Positions 36,286-48,794 of a DNA stretch of 64,000 nucleotides are shown one piece after another; position 1 is the first letter of the stretch; each line of letters begins with the position of its first letter. A model generated the notes under the pieces. That model did not search any database, was not told where the DNA came from, and saw nothing but the letters and a program-made list of their open reading frames with translations. The stretch comes from Mobula hypostoma. Its lineage: Eukaryota. The translations under genes were made by a program, and so were the position numbers. The stretch lies in the NCBI RefSeq assembly GCF_963921235.1, contig NC_086108.1, positions 26,288,001 to 26,352,000 of the forward strand. Reading direction: 5' to 3'.

Positions 36286-37689
36286 TATATACCATGGTAA
36301 CAAGTAATGTCTATCACCTGCAGAGTTGTTACTGCTGAGTCACAGATTCGACACCAGTGGCAAAATTGGTAATTCCACTGCTGTTATTGCAGACTGAATA
36401 ATGTTTTTTGGAAGGGTCCTTAATAAATTCAGGACTGGAATGAGACTTTTTTTTTACTATGTCTGTTGAGAAATTTTCACTAGCATAGTTTTTAATGATG
36501 AAACTGTCCATGGTACCTGATTGTAACAATAAAGTAGCTGACTGATTTTTTTTATTGTGGCAAGGAATCCTTTTGAAGTTAGGAAAGATGAAGATAAATA
36601 CTATTGCTTTGTTCATACTGTCTATGAAGGCAAGGGGCACTCTGTCCCTTAGCAGAGGTTGAGGTGTGTGTCATGATCACATTTGTAAAAGTTTGTCGTG
36701 GTTTGTTTCTTGACAAATTGGGGTTAAAGTTCTAAAAAGCAAGTGTAGGTGAGGCTTCGTGCCTATATGGTACAGGGTAACAGACAGTAAAGGCAACTCA
36801 TCAGTCGTGCTTTTGCTATTGCTACCTTCTGGCTAGGTGTGAAGTCAATGGGGAGTTTGTCTTCAAGACAATTGTATTGGTCACAATTGTATGTCTAGAA
36901 GGGGACTCCTAAGATTGAGAAGCTCTTCCTCTGCTGGTTGCTCTGCATATTCCCCTTTCTTCCTACTGCAGTTGGTTGTCAATTGCCCTCTGGTGCTGAA
37001 GCTTACACAAAAGGCCACCAGAAATGATAAAGTAGGAAACCTTTCCTTGAGATTGCATCAGGGTGTTCATGCAATGGTGCAGACAACAATATTGTACCTC
37101 CAGGACACCAGTGCATCTTTACAATTGGTTCCTGGATGTCTCTTGGTAACCAATATATTAATCTTTGGCTGTACTCGCTGAGGGAGAAGGGGCCAGTAAA
37201 GAAGTGAATGGCTCTGAGCCCGAAAATACTAGTCCAATATTCAGAGTGGCTAGATAAGACAACCAGCAATCATTTCCTAAGAATCATAGTCATACAAACT
37301 CACTGAATACCAGGCAATGGCCAAGAGAAACTTCTTCTGGTTTACCACAACACTCCCTTCTGTTCTGGGAAAGGCTCCAGGTTGTGAAAGGGAGCCCAAA
37401 ATGTCACAAGAGAATCATTTATCAATGTCTGACCTTTCTGGAAGTTCCAACATGTGTATCCACTCATCCTGATAGTCTCTGTTCAAGGATGTCTCTGGAT
37501 AAGGTTTATTTTAAAATGTGATTCTAGTAAATGAGTGGTAGTTGATCAGCACAGACTCAATAGGCTAAAACCTTGTTTCCGTGATGTTTGATTCTGTGAT
37601 GCCATCCCCCTAAAGTTGCATTCTGGGATATATCACATTAATCCATTGCCCCCAGAAATAATTTGAAGTCTGGAAGATCAAGGAAATAA

Positions 37690-37825
37690 TAAACATGAGA
37701 AATTCTGCAGATGTTGAAAATCCAAAGCAACATAGACAAGATGCTGGAGGAACTCCACAGGTCAGGCAGCATCTTTGGAAATGTATAAGCAGTCGACATT
37801 TCAGTCCAAGACCCTTCTTTAGGGC
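37690..37825 (-). mobile_element. PLE pLTR 3' end truncated at the hammerhead
   Basis: AAACATGAGAAATTCTGCAGATG...GCAGTCGACATTTTCAGTCCAAGACCCTTC. Confidence 0.8.
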
Positions 37826-38708
37826 ATCAGGGAAGGCATCCTGGGCTTGTTCACAGAAGGTCACAAAACTCTGTCAGTACTCTCTTAGAAAGCAGCCTTT
37901 AAATGCATTTGCTATTTGAAGTATTGAAGGTAAGCCTCCCTTAATCCTCTTGTGGCATAGGCCCTGCTCCTTTAAACTCATCTGGCCTGCCTCCAGCACT
38001 CTAGCAGTGCTCCCAGTAGTCCCACCATACATGGCAAAGATGTCATACATGCTGAAGTGAGCGTCAATTGTTTGTGTGTGTTCCCTTAAATCACACAGCA
38101 TTTAAAGAGAGTCTTCCTTAACAAATAGAATCTAAATTCTAGTTGGCATGTTTTCATTGTGGAAGGCTATCATTAGGATTTAGTCTGGTGAGCGAGTATC
38201 ATTTTTCTCATAATGGGTGTGACACAAGAGGCTTTGGAAAGCACTCAGGGCACACTCATTAGTTTAATTTATATTTTACAGCACCTTAATGGCTTATACA
38301 GGGTCAATGAACTGGGAATCCACAAATTAGTGAAGTGCATACTTGCAGCAATTTGACTGTTTATACTTTGATGAAGCAGATTGCATTTGTATTGACAAAT
38401 AGATGTGATTTATTAAGTCGGCAGAACAAGGTATCACATTCACAATTTACTTAATGATATAAATAATGTTTGAAGTCGAGAGATTCTCTTTTACACAAAC
38501 TGGTTTGGGCCTGTAAAATGGGTTCAATGAAAATTTATTCTTATGACAACCTCAGTTTCAATCACCCAGGAGAAGTTGGAGGATTTTTCCAATTCCCTTC
38601 CTCCTCCTCCCAATCATCATCATCCCTCTTAATTAGCCTGATCATTTTGCCCTGCTTTTGTTCCATTTTCAGGACCTCACATAGAATCCCATTGGGGAGG
38701 AAGTTTAC

Positions 38709-39305
38709 ATACAACACACAAAAAGCTGGAGGAATTCAGCAGGTCGGGCAGCATCTATGGAAATTAACGAACAGTCAATGTTTTGGTCTGAGACCCTTCT
38801 TCAGGACTGAAAAGGAAGGGGGAAGATGGCCGAATAAAAAGGTGGGGATAGGGAAGTAGGCTAGTAGAAGGTGATAGGAAAAGCCAAGTGGACGGGAAAG
38901 GTCCTGAAAAAGGGTCTCGGCCCAAAACGTCAACTGTTTATTCATTTCCATAGATGCTGCCTGAACTGCTGATTTTCTCCAGCATTTTGTGTGTGTTGCT
39001 TGGGAAAGATATAGGGCTGGAGTAGAAGGAATCTGATAGGGGAGGGGAGTGGACCATATGTGAAAAGGCAGGAGAGGACCCAGGGGGAAGTGATAGGCAG
39101 ATGAAAAGAGGTAAAAGGCCAGAGTGGGGAATAGAAGAAGGGGAGAGGGACTTTATTTTTACTGGAAGGGGAAATCGATATTCATGCCATCAAGTTGTAG
39201 GCTACCCAGACAGAATATAAGGTGTTGCTTCTCCACCCTGAGAGTGGCCTCATCATTGCACAAGAGGAGGATGTGGACTGACATGTCAAAATGGGAATGT
39301 GATTT
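38709..39305 (-). mobile_element. PLE GIY-YIG end plus pLTR, with an inverted pLTR end (38901-39001) inserted in it
   Basis: Endonuclease C-terminal remnant at ~39180-39300; oppositely oriented hammerhead/pLTR flanked by GGGAAAG repeats. Confidence 0.8.
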
Positions 39306-39749
39306 ACATGTTGTCTCACATGGTATGACAGTTCTATATGTCCTTTCCTATCTGACACGCTCTGTATATGGACTGAAATTAATGATAGTGAATAGTAGGG
39401 TTCTAGGCACATGAAGTCCAATGTGTAAAGGCACAGAGCTGTTACTTTGACAGCACTTCTGAGATGAAAGTGTGAAGAGGCAGCTGAATGTCATGGTTTG
39501 GCATCAAGAAGAAAGTGTAGTGGGTAACTCATACTGATGTTATTGGAGAGAGAAAGTTCTGGTAATGTTATAGAGGGAGCTAAAGAACTTGGTTCCCCAA
39601 AAGGTCCTGCTGAAAAGAATAGGAGAGTCCCATTTAAAACTGTTACTTAGTTGCAGCCAGGCAAGCTGAAGTGTTGAATTTGTGTTAGCCGTTGAGAGAT
39701 GGACTCTGGTTTCCTGGGATATGTTCTGAATAAGGGGAGTGAAGGAGTT

Positions 39750-39930
39750 AAAACTGAAAATGCTGGAAGCACTCAGCAGGTCAGGCAACATCTGTAGAAA
39801 GAGAAAATGAGTTGAAATTTTGTCCGGGTTTTGACCTGAAATTCCAACCGTTTCTCATTCTACAGATGCTGCCTAACATGCTGTGTATTTTCAGCATTTG
39901 CTGCTTTTACAGCACCTGCATTTTGTTTTG
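39750..39930. mobile_element. Old fold-back pLTR remnant
   Basis: AAATGCTGGAAGCACTCAGCAGGTCAGGCAACATCTGTAGA vs CTACAGATGCTGCCTAACATGCTG...CAGCATTT inverted arms. Confidence 0.65.
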
Positions 39931-40569
39931 TGAACTTTCATTTGGCCCACAGGGAGAACGTTTTTCTTTTTTTGGCCCACAAGCAGTGGTAGGGAGAATC
40001 TGACCATTTCATCAATCTGTTCTTCAACTGTCACATTTCCTGAATACTCCAAGCAAGCAGTCAAGCAGTTTCATTCAAATATTTACAGGGATTCAGCATC
40101 GAGTGGGTCAGTCACCTGCTGTGAACCATCTCCAATAATACCACACCTGGCCACTTCTGGAGCAGGAAATGCATTTAGTTTTAACCAACAAAGTAAATAC
40201 AGCAGGGTAATACTTGGAAACTGTTCAAAGCATGGAGTTATCTTGAATACTGTTATCTTGAAGACTGGATGCACGTTGATGTGCTCAGTCCTGTCATGTT
40301 TAAGTTAAGCACCTGGAAGAAATGACAGTGGATAAAACATGAGAAACATCAGTAGAATGGAATATCAGTTCACAATAGAAGAATACTTGTCCATTTATCT
40401 GAAGATTAATTTGCTCAGGGCTGAAGTGAGCAAATTGTTGGACTTCTTCATCAAACCACCCTGGAAATACAGGGTGCTGGAAAAAGGAGAAATACATATA
40501 TTATGTAAAGCAATTCTTTAAGGTCTTGATATTCAGAAATATTTATTACTCTAGAATTTTAATGATGGA

Positions 40570-40960
40570 TAGATAGATACTTTATTGATCCTGAAGGAAA
40601 TTACAGAGTCCCAGTAGCATTACAAGTGCATAGATGTAAATAGTTTAAAAAAGTAGAAGAATAAAAAATAAGTTACCATAAACGTTCTAACAGGAGGGGT
40701 CCTCACTTCCCCAGCTGTAGGTTAACTCATTATAGAGCCTAATGGCCGAGGGTGAGAATGACCTCATATAGCACTCTCGGAGCAACGCAGTTTTCGATTG
40801 GTTAACCTTTAATAAAAGTGCTCCTCTGTTCAGCTAAGGTAGCATGCAGAGGGTGGGAAACATTGTCCAGAATTGCCAGGATTTTCCGTAGGGTCCTTTG
40901 TTCCACCACAGCCTCCAGTGTGTCCAGTTTGATTCCTATAATAGAACCAGCCTTTCTAAA
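40570..40960 (-). mobile_element. Rex1-like LINE 3' fragment with (CTAT)n tail
   Basis: GATAGATAGATACTTTATTGATCC followed by reversed C-terminal coding remnants. Confidence 0.6.
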
Positions 40961-41975
40961 GAAATCTAATGAAAGTAGTATTTAGAATATAAACCAGGTA
41001 GTGTTCAAATGTTGGATATATTCCACAGGGGCTAGATGTTGTTTCAAGATTTTAGTTTAACTCTATATAATGTTTTAGTGCTTTCCTTGAGGTAAGTCAA
41101 TATGTTTGTAGCATGCTAATGCAATGATCAAAGAATTTTCTTTGCTGTAATCTTGGCTGACTGGTTTCATCTCGAACTCTCATGTAATTTTTCTTGAATA
41201 CAGAAGCTAGAGCTACTTTAACATTTAAACAAGTGGGATTTTAAAAGATATAACTACATTTGAATGAAAAAAAGAGAGAAATTGAATGGCTAAATAAGCC
41301 AATCAAACTGCAAAAGGATAAGGTCCTTGTTCTAGTTCAGTTTTTAAGAATCCTGGGAAGTAGAAGAATCCTGGATAGACGGGAACTGATTAGGAATAGC
41401 CAGTTTGACTTTGTGTGTGGTAGGTCATGTCTAACCAATCTCATTAAGAATTTCAAGGAAGTTTCCAGGAAAGTGGATAAAGGCAAGGTCGAGGATGTTG
41501 TCTACATGGACTTCAGCAAGGCATTTGACAAGGTCGTGCATGGGAGGCTGCTCAAGAAAGTTCAGTCACCGGCATTCAAGATAAGTTAGTCAACTGAATT
41601 AGACATTGGCTTTGCGGGAAAAGTCAGAGAGTAGTGGTAGTAGATAGTGCCCCTCTGACTGGAGGCTTGTGACTAGTGGAGTGCCACAGGGATTGGTGCT
41701 GGGTCTGTAGTTATTTGTCATCTGTACCAAGGATCTAGATGATAATGTGGTTAATTGGATCAGCAAGTTTGTGATGACACCAAAATTAGGGGTGTAGTGA
41801 ACAGTAAGGAAGACAGTCAAAGCTTGCATCAGGATCTGGACCAGCTGGAAAAATGGCAGATGGAATTTATTGCAGACAAGTGTGAGGCGTTGCACAATGG
41901 GAGGACCAACCAGCGTAAGTCTTACATGGTGAGTGGTAGGGCACTGAGGTGTGTGGTAGAATAAAGGGATCTGTG

Positions 41976-42313
41976 AATGCACAACCAATTCTCATAGAGG
42001 GCTCAGAAGCAGAGAAAGTGAGCACTTTTAAGTTCCTGGGTGTCTGTATCTCTGAGGATCTACCTGGTCCCAACATATCAATGCAGCTATAAAAAAACAA
42101 AACAAGCCAGCAGCTATATTTTAATAAGAATTTGGGATTTGGCTTGCCACCTAAAACACTTAAAGTTCTACAGATGTACCATAGAGAGCATTCTGACAGG
42201 CTGCATCACTGTCTGGTATGGGAAAGCGGCTACTGAACAGGACTGAAAGAAGCTACAGAAAGTTGTAAAATTAGTCAGATCCATTTTGAGTATCAGTCTC
42301 CACAGTATCCAAG
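41976..42313 (+). mobile_element. Rex1-like RT fragment
   Basis: FKFLGV.ISEDL, FYRCTIESILTGCITVWYG. Confidence 0.8.
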
Positions 42314-42636
42314 CTGTATATTAGTGGTCACCAACCTTTTTAAGCCCAAGATCACCTACCTCGACCTTAGTGAAAGGCAAGATCTACCTACTAAATTGCT
42401 TAGAGACAAAACAGCTCAGATTATACTGCCAATTTGAAGCCTTTTATTTGGGCTAATTGTATTTGAATTACACAAAATACTTCTGTCAAACTTTCAAATT
42501 AATTCAAACAAGAAAACACTATAACTAGCATATCTTTCTTTAAGAATATTACAATACTTCACACCTTTAATTCTAAGTTTCATTATTTAATTTTATTTCA
42601 ACACGAAAATAAATGAATAAAAATTGACTGTTGCAC

Positions 42637-44475
42637 TCAGTGTGAACACTGGGGCTGAATACTTATTGCTAGTTCCCTGAAATTCAGCTCATAACTATAG
42701 ACAGCCAGTCTGAGACAGTCTGTGAGGTGTCTGTCAGTAACACAGCTCCTGTACTTAGATATACTAATTTTTCATCTGTGAAAATGCAATTTCACATAGA
42801 TAAGTTGACCTGAAGTAGGCACTGACTTTTAGTGGTATAAAACCAATGGTCACACTGCGCATTGCTGGGGCCCCATCAGTAGTAATTGCTACCAGTTTAT
42901 GAATGGGGTTGTCATTTTCACGGACATATTTTTTAAACTCATTGTAAATATCCTCAGCTCTCGTTCTCTCCTTTAATTGTAAAAGAGTGAGGAAGTCCTA
43001 CTTCATTGTAAAATCCTGGAAAGCCATTCTGACAAATACAACAGGGTGAGCTGTTTGCATTACATCCAGGGATTCATCGAATTGTAGTGAAAAATATCCA
43101 TGTCCTCTGACAGTGACTCTACCCTCCTTGTCACTGTTGCAGGGCCAAGCGGTATATTATGTATTGCGATTGTGATGTTGTTTTTGTTTTTAAAGTCATT
43201 GAAAATAGTCTCTGCGGTAATGGCCATTGCTTCCTTAAATAAATCGCCATCTGTAAAAGGCTTCTTGTGTTTAGCCAAAGGGTGACTTACACAAAATGGT
43301 GTTTCAATAGCAGCCTTATTTTGAGCAGAATGTTTTGTGGAAAACGATTGCTGGGCCTCCAACCCTGATTTCAGCTCCTCAACTTTCCTGGCATGAATTG
43401 CGCTCTTTGTGGGGTAGGTGTCTTTAAATTTCTGGTGTTTGGTGTTCTGGTGCCACTCCAGATTCCCTCTTTTAGTCAGTGTTTGTGTTTGGTGGCACAA
43501 CATACATACACACTTGTCTTTCACCAAGGTAAATAGAAATTCCTCTTCCCATTCTGGATGGAATTTGTATGTTTTCGCCTTTGTTATATACCCCGTAACT
43601 GGGTTGCCAAACCAGCAGAAATGGATCACTCAGTTGGAGTCTGGATTACTAGAACTAAGAAAGTTTTATTAAAGAAACAAGCAACACAGTAATCGAAAGG
43701 ATAATAAATGCAACAGTTCAGCGATGATAAACACACATGTGCACAGAATTAAGATAACAACATCAATCAAGCTCTATCGTTGTCTAGGGGTAAATGACCA
43801 AATTTCAAAGTGACTCAAAGTTCAGTCCAGTTTAGTAGTTCAGTTCGCAGTAATCGTTGCCATGGCGATGGACAACGTGGGGGAAGAGAGAGAGAAAACG
43901 AGAACGACTGATCATTCAGCACAGCTTCACTCACAGACCGGGGGGGGGGGCGAGATGGCTCACAAGCAGCTTTTGGGCGGGTCCTTGGTGATGTCACCTG
44001 AGGTCACCGACTGTGACCCCTCCTCCAGATGCGGTCGATCCTCTGCAGTGAACCCGGCACCCAGGCAAGGGCGGACACACACCGGGTTCCCGCTGATCGT
44101 ACCTTTCCACCCTGTGCGTTGTCTGATACTTCTCACCGACTCGTGAGAGGCGTACCGCTTCCAGGGTCTCGTTACCTCGGGTGTCGTGTGTCCGCCCTTG
44201 GCGAACCTGTCCCTTTTTATCCCCCTGCTGGGGCATCGCCTGTCCACCACTTCAAACAGTTCAGGGTTCAAAGGGGGGAGCCGCTCCAGACAGCTCTCTC
44301 TCCCCCGTCCCTTCATTACGCATCTCCAGACGCTGCTCCATTGTTCCTTATCTCTCCTTCCCCTGAGGGCAGGTGGCAGACCACTTGCTGATGTCACTGA
44401 TGCTAACCTAGGCCAGCAAACATCTTAATTTTATGTGTATTCTCGTCACACCTTCTTTCGTGGAATCTCCGCCAT
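42637..44475 (-). pseudogene. hAT Buster-type (GTF2IRD2/EPM2AIP1-like) transposase, interrupted by a solo LTR and internally deleted
   Basis: Reconstructed MAEIPRKKAKTYKFHPEWEEEF...CMLC...H...H (BED-like), KKPFTDG, FSLQFDES, TTDGAPAM, STYLCE.AFS, QPQCSH*. Confidence 0.9.
43582..44450 (-). mobile_element. Solo LTR (869 bp, TG...CA, 4-bp TSD CCTT); Gypsy- or ERV-derived
   Basis: CCTT|TGTTATA...GTCACA|CCTT. Minus-strand TATA-like ATAAAA (44215-44220) and AATAAA (43665-43670). CpG-rich. Confidence 0.9.
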
Positions 44476-44537
44476 GCTATCAGGATATCACGAGTGATTG
44501 CCATGTATTGATGTTTGCGACAGTCTGTACTCTTATC

Positions 44538-44852
44538 CAGTGATCCCCAACCTCCAGGCCGCAAAGAATGCAGCGGTACAGCGGTGGCCAGAATGCACCC
44601 AGCACATCTTTAAAGAATAAAGCTGAAATAAACAAGCTAATTAATTAGGTGCCGCCCGGCATGTAAATGTCAGCCCAGATCAGAGGCGACACAATTGGCA
44701 ATTGCCTCTGAACTGGGCTGACATTTACGTGCCGGGCAGCACCTAATTAATTAGCTTGTTTATTTCGGCTTTTTTCTTCAAGATGTGCTGGGTGTGTTCC
44801 GACTACTGCTGTACGGCTGCATTCTTCGCAGCCCGCTGGTTGGAGACCACTG
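44538..44852. mobile_element. 315-bp palindromic hAT-type MITE inside the hAT 5' leader
   Basis: CAGTGATCCCCAACC...GGTTGGAGACCACTG; arms pair over nearly the whole length around ~44690-44703. Confidence 0.88.
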
Positions 44853-45201
44853 CGTATCTAATTTAATTGGTCACTTTGATGCAGCACAAGCTACGCTGAA
44901 AACGCAGTTCAGGGCGGGGTGCTACACACATGAGCACTCGCAGAAAGAACGGAACCAAAACCCCGCAACCCGGAAACAATCTCTCTTTACAAACAGCTTT
45001 GTAGTAAAAGTATTGCTATATTACCCTTATCCTAATCAGTATTACTTATTTTTATAATGCTCACATTACAACAGTATTTGTGTGTTTATTTTTGATTTTT
45101 TTCGGGACCTACTGGGAAAGTCTCAAAGATCGACCGGTCGATCACAATCGACGGGTTGGCGACCCCTACTGTATATAATGAAGCTGCATAAGACTTAGTG
45201 A

Positions 45202-45333
45202 CAACAGGAATTCTGCAGATGCTGGAAATTCAAGCAACACACATCAAAGTTGCTGGTGAACGCAGCAGGCCAAGCAGCATCTATAGGAAGAGGCGCAGTC
45301 GACGTTTCAGGCCGAGACTTTGATGTGTGTTGC
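45202..45333 (-). mobile_element. 132-bp mini-PLE (tailed pLTR end plus ~15-nt inverted stub) with perfect 13-bp TSD
   Basis: TAAGACTTAGTGA at 45189-45201 and 45334-45346; same pLTR subfamily as 24374-27358. Confidence 0.9.
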
Positions 45334-48309
45334 TAAGACTTAGTGAGACCTAATATGGAGTATTGTGTGTAATTTTGGTCACCTACCTACAGGAAAGATT
45401 AAATAGATTGAAAGAGTACAGAGAAAATTTACAAGGATGTTGCCAGGACTGGAGGACCTGAGTAATTAGGAAAGATGGAATAGGTTAGAACTTTATTCCC
45501 TAGAACATAGAAGATTGAGGGAAGGTTTGATAGAGGCATACAAAATTACGAGTCGTATAAATAGGGTAAATGAAAGCAGGGTCCTTCTGCTGAGGTTGGC
45601 TAAAACTGCAACTAGAGGTCATGGGTTAAGAGTGAAATGTTTAGGTGGAACATTAGAAATGAAAAGAAATGCTGCAATATGTTGTAAATTATAGCCTAAA
45701 TGGGATTTGGGAGAACAAGTATAGAAGTTACTAAAGTTATATATTCATAGAGCTAAAATTTAAAAGAAATTTAAACTTAATTTTTAGGATAGAATTGTAA
45801 TGTTGGGAAGAGAAGCAAAACATATGTAGAACTTTGGATGAAACAACTTGGAGAACTGATTGAGATTCTGACCATTGTACTTCAGGTTATGTTAACAAGC
45901 TTGGTCCATTATGCTGGCTCTTCCTTTCCCTCCTTGCAGAAGAAAGACAAAGTGCAGTAAGGTACCTACATCCATCTTGAAATTAACAGCTGCAGACAAT
46001 GAGGTCATGGAGCTGACTAGCATAATTTAATGTGTAGATATTGGAAAGAGGGCTATGCGGTACAATATTCATCGACCGTGCATGTAATATTCACTCATAT
46101 TCACTCATGCACTTGTATACCCTGAAGTATTCTTGTCCAAATAGTTCCAATTGATTAAACTTCCATGGACATCAGCCAAGACAACATAATGTCATCAGCG
46201 GAAGTCAATCATTCCAAGAATGCACTGTCACAGGATCAATGCAGATATTTTAGTTCAATGGATATGGTAGACAATTGGAAGTAAGCATTGGCAAATTGTG
46301 GAGACAGGAAGAACGTTGAAGGACTGTCCAAATTCGATTCAGCTTTGTGCAAATGCTATACCTTGTGAGTAGGTAATTCAAAATGAGAATGACACTGATA
46401 TAAACCTTCCTATTTGGCCAAGCTTTAATAACTGACCTGATCTGCATGTGGCAGAATGTTTTCTGGTAACACTTCTGTGCACATGTCCTTTGCACATTAA
46501 TTAATTTAAAAATGCTACATGAAGCAAGTTGTTTGGATGATGTTTCATTAGAAAATATTCTTGTAAAATATTCCATTTATTATCTTCTATCTGACAGACC
46601 AAGAATTTCCTCAATCTGAGTTTCTTGCTCTTTTGTGGGTTTGGAAATTGTCCAGCACCATTGCTTTCTCAGGTTCAAATTACATTTCCTCCTTCACCAG
46701 TGTTCAGCGCCGTTTCATATGCTGTCTCTGTCAATTCTACCGCTGTTACCCTAATGCACCTCCTACCCAAACAAAACAACTAGTTGGAATCTCAATGTCA
46801 ATCGATCCATCATTGCTTAAATCCTGGCTCAAACACCAAAAACAAAAGTAAATTCCAGCATTGATATTTTGATTCTCTTGTGAAATCAGTAAATCTAAAT
46901 CAGACACTACTCTCTGACAGAAAAGCAAGCATAATTAACTAACTAAAAAGTTCTTGGAACTTCTCTGAAATTAATTAGATGTGGATGAGCCGGTGGTTGG
47001 AAGGAGGTGTGAATAATTGGACTACATCAAGTTCATTCTGAAAACTAAATGCACAGTTCATTTCTTACTAAATTAGACACTAATAATCTTTTATTACATG
47101 GAAAGAAGAAACAGCTGGATAATTCAGCTTTTTTTTTGCTATACAATCTGTCAGCATCATACAAAGAAAGCAACAGATAATTAGAGAATAATTCTGGCAA
47201 TGCTACAAGGTGGTGGTTCTCCAACGAATAAAGCACTGTCAGTGCCAGGTAACTTCTGAAACACTATAGTGGATTTATATTAAATTCTTATGAATTTTTT
47301 GAATTGTCATCTGGCAGCCATTTCTTAAAAGATAATTGATAGATTCAGATCTGCACTATATTATTGCATTACATCTTTGTTCTCTGGCCTGCATCCACCT
47401 ATCAATGAAGAGATGTTGTTATAAAGTATAACAAAGCAGTCTAAATACAGTGTAGAGTTAACATTGGCAAACTCACACTGAATAAATGTGAAAGAGTGGA
47501 GAGGAAAAACCTATGATGAGGTTTCTCATCAGGCGTTTTGTCAGGAATTGCTTCCAAAAGTGAAAATGTTTATCAGTATTATCCAAATACAGAGGGAAAT
47601 CTAACGGATGGCACTTCAAAATAATATGTAGCTGATCCTTCAGAGGAAAAAAAATCCATTCCTTATTTAATCAATTATGGCAACAACAATAAATGGTGTC
47701 TTTAATGCTGCAAATATCCTGGGGATGTCACAGAAGCAATTATTGAACAAAATTTGGAATATAAAGCAATTAGCATTCTTCAGTATTAAAGTTAACACTG
47801 AAAGATGTTCACAAGTAGATGGTATATCTTGCACACTGACTCGTAAGTCCTATGTTTTCTGGTTGGAAGTTCCACAGTGTTGAGAGAGAGCATTGTGATC
47901 TTTGCAGTCGAGCAAAGACAGTGGGAGGTATTTTAAGAGCCCTGTGGCAAGCAGCATTTTATTTATTATGGTTATCATAACTCAGTAACAAAATTGTCAG
48001 GCACTACTGTACTGAATTCTTACCTAAAATTAGTTTCATATGAAGAAAAGTGAGAATAAATTAGACTTAAATCTAGAAAAATGACATTTTCCCAATTTGG
48101 TTAAAAGGACAATTTTATCTGATCGACGTAGAGACAGCCATTGGAATACATTCCTCAAATGTTTGCAATTAATGTATTGCAATGCAGCACTGTCCAAAAA
48201 TTTAATTCAGAGAGATCTTCTCCCAGAACTGCCCAAATCACATTCACACCAAGACCATTAAACAGTGCACTGAGAGTCATCTCTCAAGTAATTCTTTTGT
48301 ATTGGTGGC

Positions 48310-48755
48310 AAGTGATGAGGTTGAGGGAGAGGAAGGAAAAAGAATTGAGGCCACAGAAATAAAGGGAAAACAGAAAGAGGGTAGTTACTGGTACTTACAT
48401 GCCTATCACCTTCACCTTCCTCCCTCTGGTTCCCGTCCTCATTCGTATGGTCTACCGTCTTCATCTGTCAGATTCCCTCTTCAGCCCTTTGCCTTCCCCA
48501 TCTATCATCTCCTAGCTTCTCACATTTTTCCCCTCCTTTTACCCTTCTCCTTTCTCACCTCGATTCACCTCCCATCTGCTAGCTCCTGCTCCGACCCTTT
48601 TATCCTCCTTTTTATTCTGTCTTCTGTCCTACTCTTTTCGAAATCTAATGTTGATTGGTCATTTCCTCCATAGGCATTGATTGATCTGCTGAGCTCCTTC
48701 AGCATTTTGTGCATGTTGACCCAGATTTCCGGCATCTGCAGTCTCTCTTGTGTTC
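48310..48755. mobile_element. Degenerate PLE pLTR with inverted 5' segment
   Basis: Purine-rich then pyrimidine-rich pLTR halves, ending CAGCATTTTGTG...GATTTCCGGCATCTGCAG. Confidence 0.6.
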
Positions 48756-48794
48756 ACCATATACTGCTTATTATCATTTATCCCTGGGCTCAGG

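Larger units (their letters stand above)
42322..45168 (-). mobile_element. hAT (Buster/SPIN-like) DNA transposon with 15-bp TIRs and perfect 8-bp TSD
   Basis: TAGTGGTCACCAACC / GGTTGGCGACCCCTA. TSD CTGTATAT at 42314-42321 and 45169-45176 (central TA). Confidence 0.93.
41370..45655 (+). mobile_element. CR1 RT remnant split by nested insertions (CR1 pieces at 41370-41975 and 45177-45655)
   Basis: SQ..FV.GRSCLTNL..F.EV...VD.GK..DVVYMDFSKAFDKV.H; resumes as LVRPN.EYCV.FWSP. Confidence 0.88.

Noticed and set aside
40300..40497. Minus-strand ORF with acceptor-like site and a 10-bp inverted repeat (40408-40436)
   Set aside because: No convincing donor site or homology; a short inverted repeat is plausible by chance in 64 kb.
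43060..43629. Domesticated GTF2IRD2/EPM2AIP1-like host gene
   Set aside because: Lies between TIRs with a TSD, is interrupted by an LTR, frameshifted and internally deleted; the predicted start lies inside the LTR.
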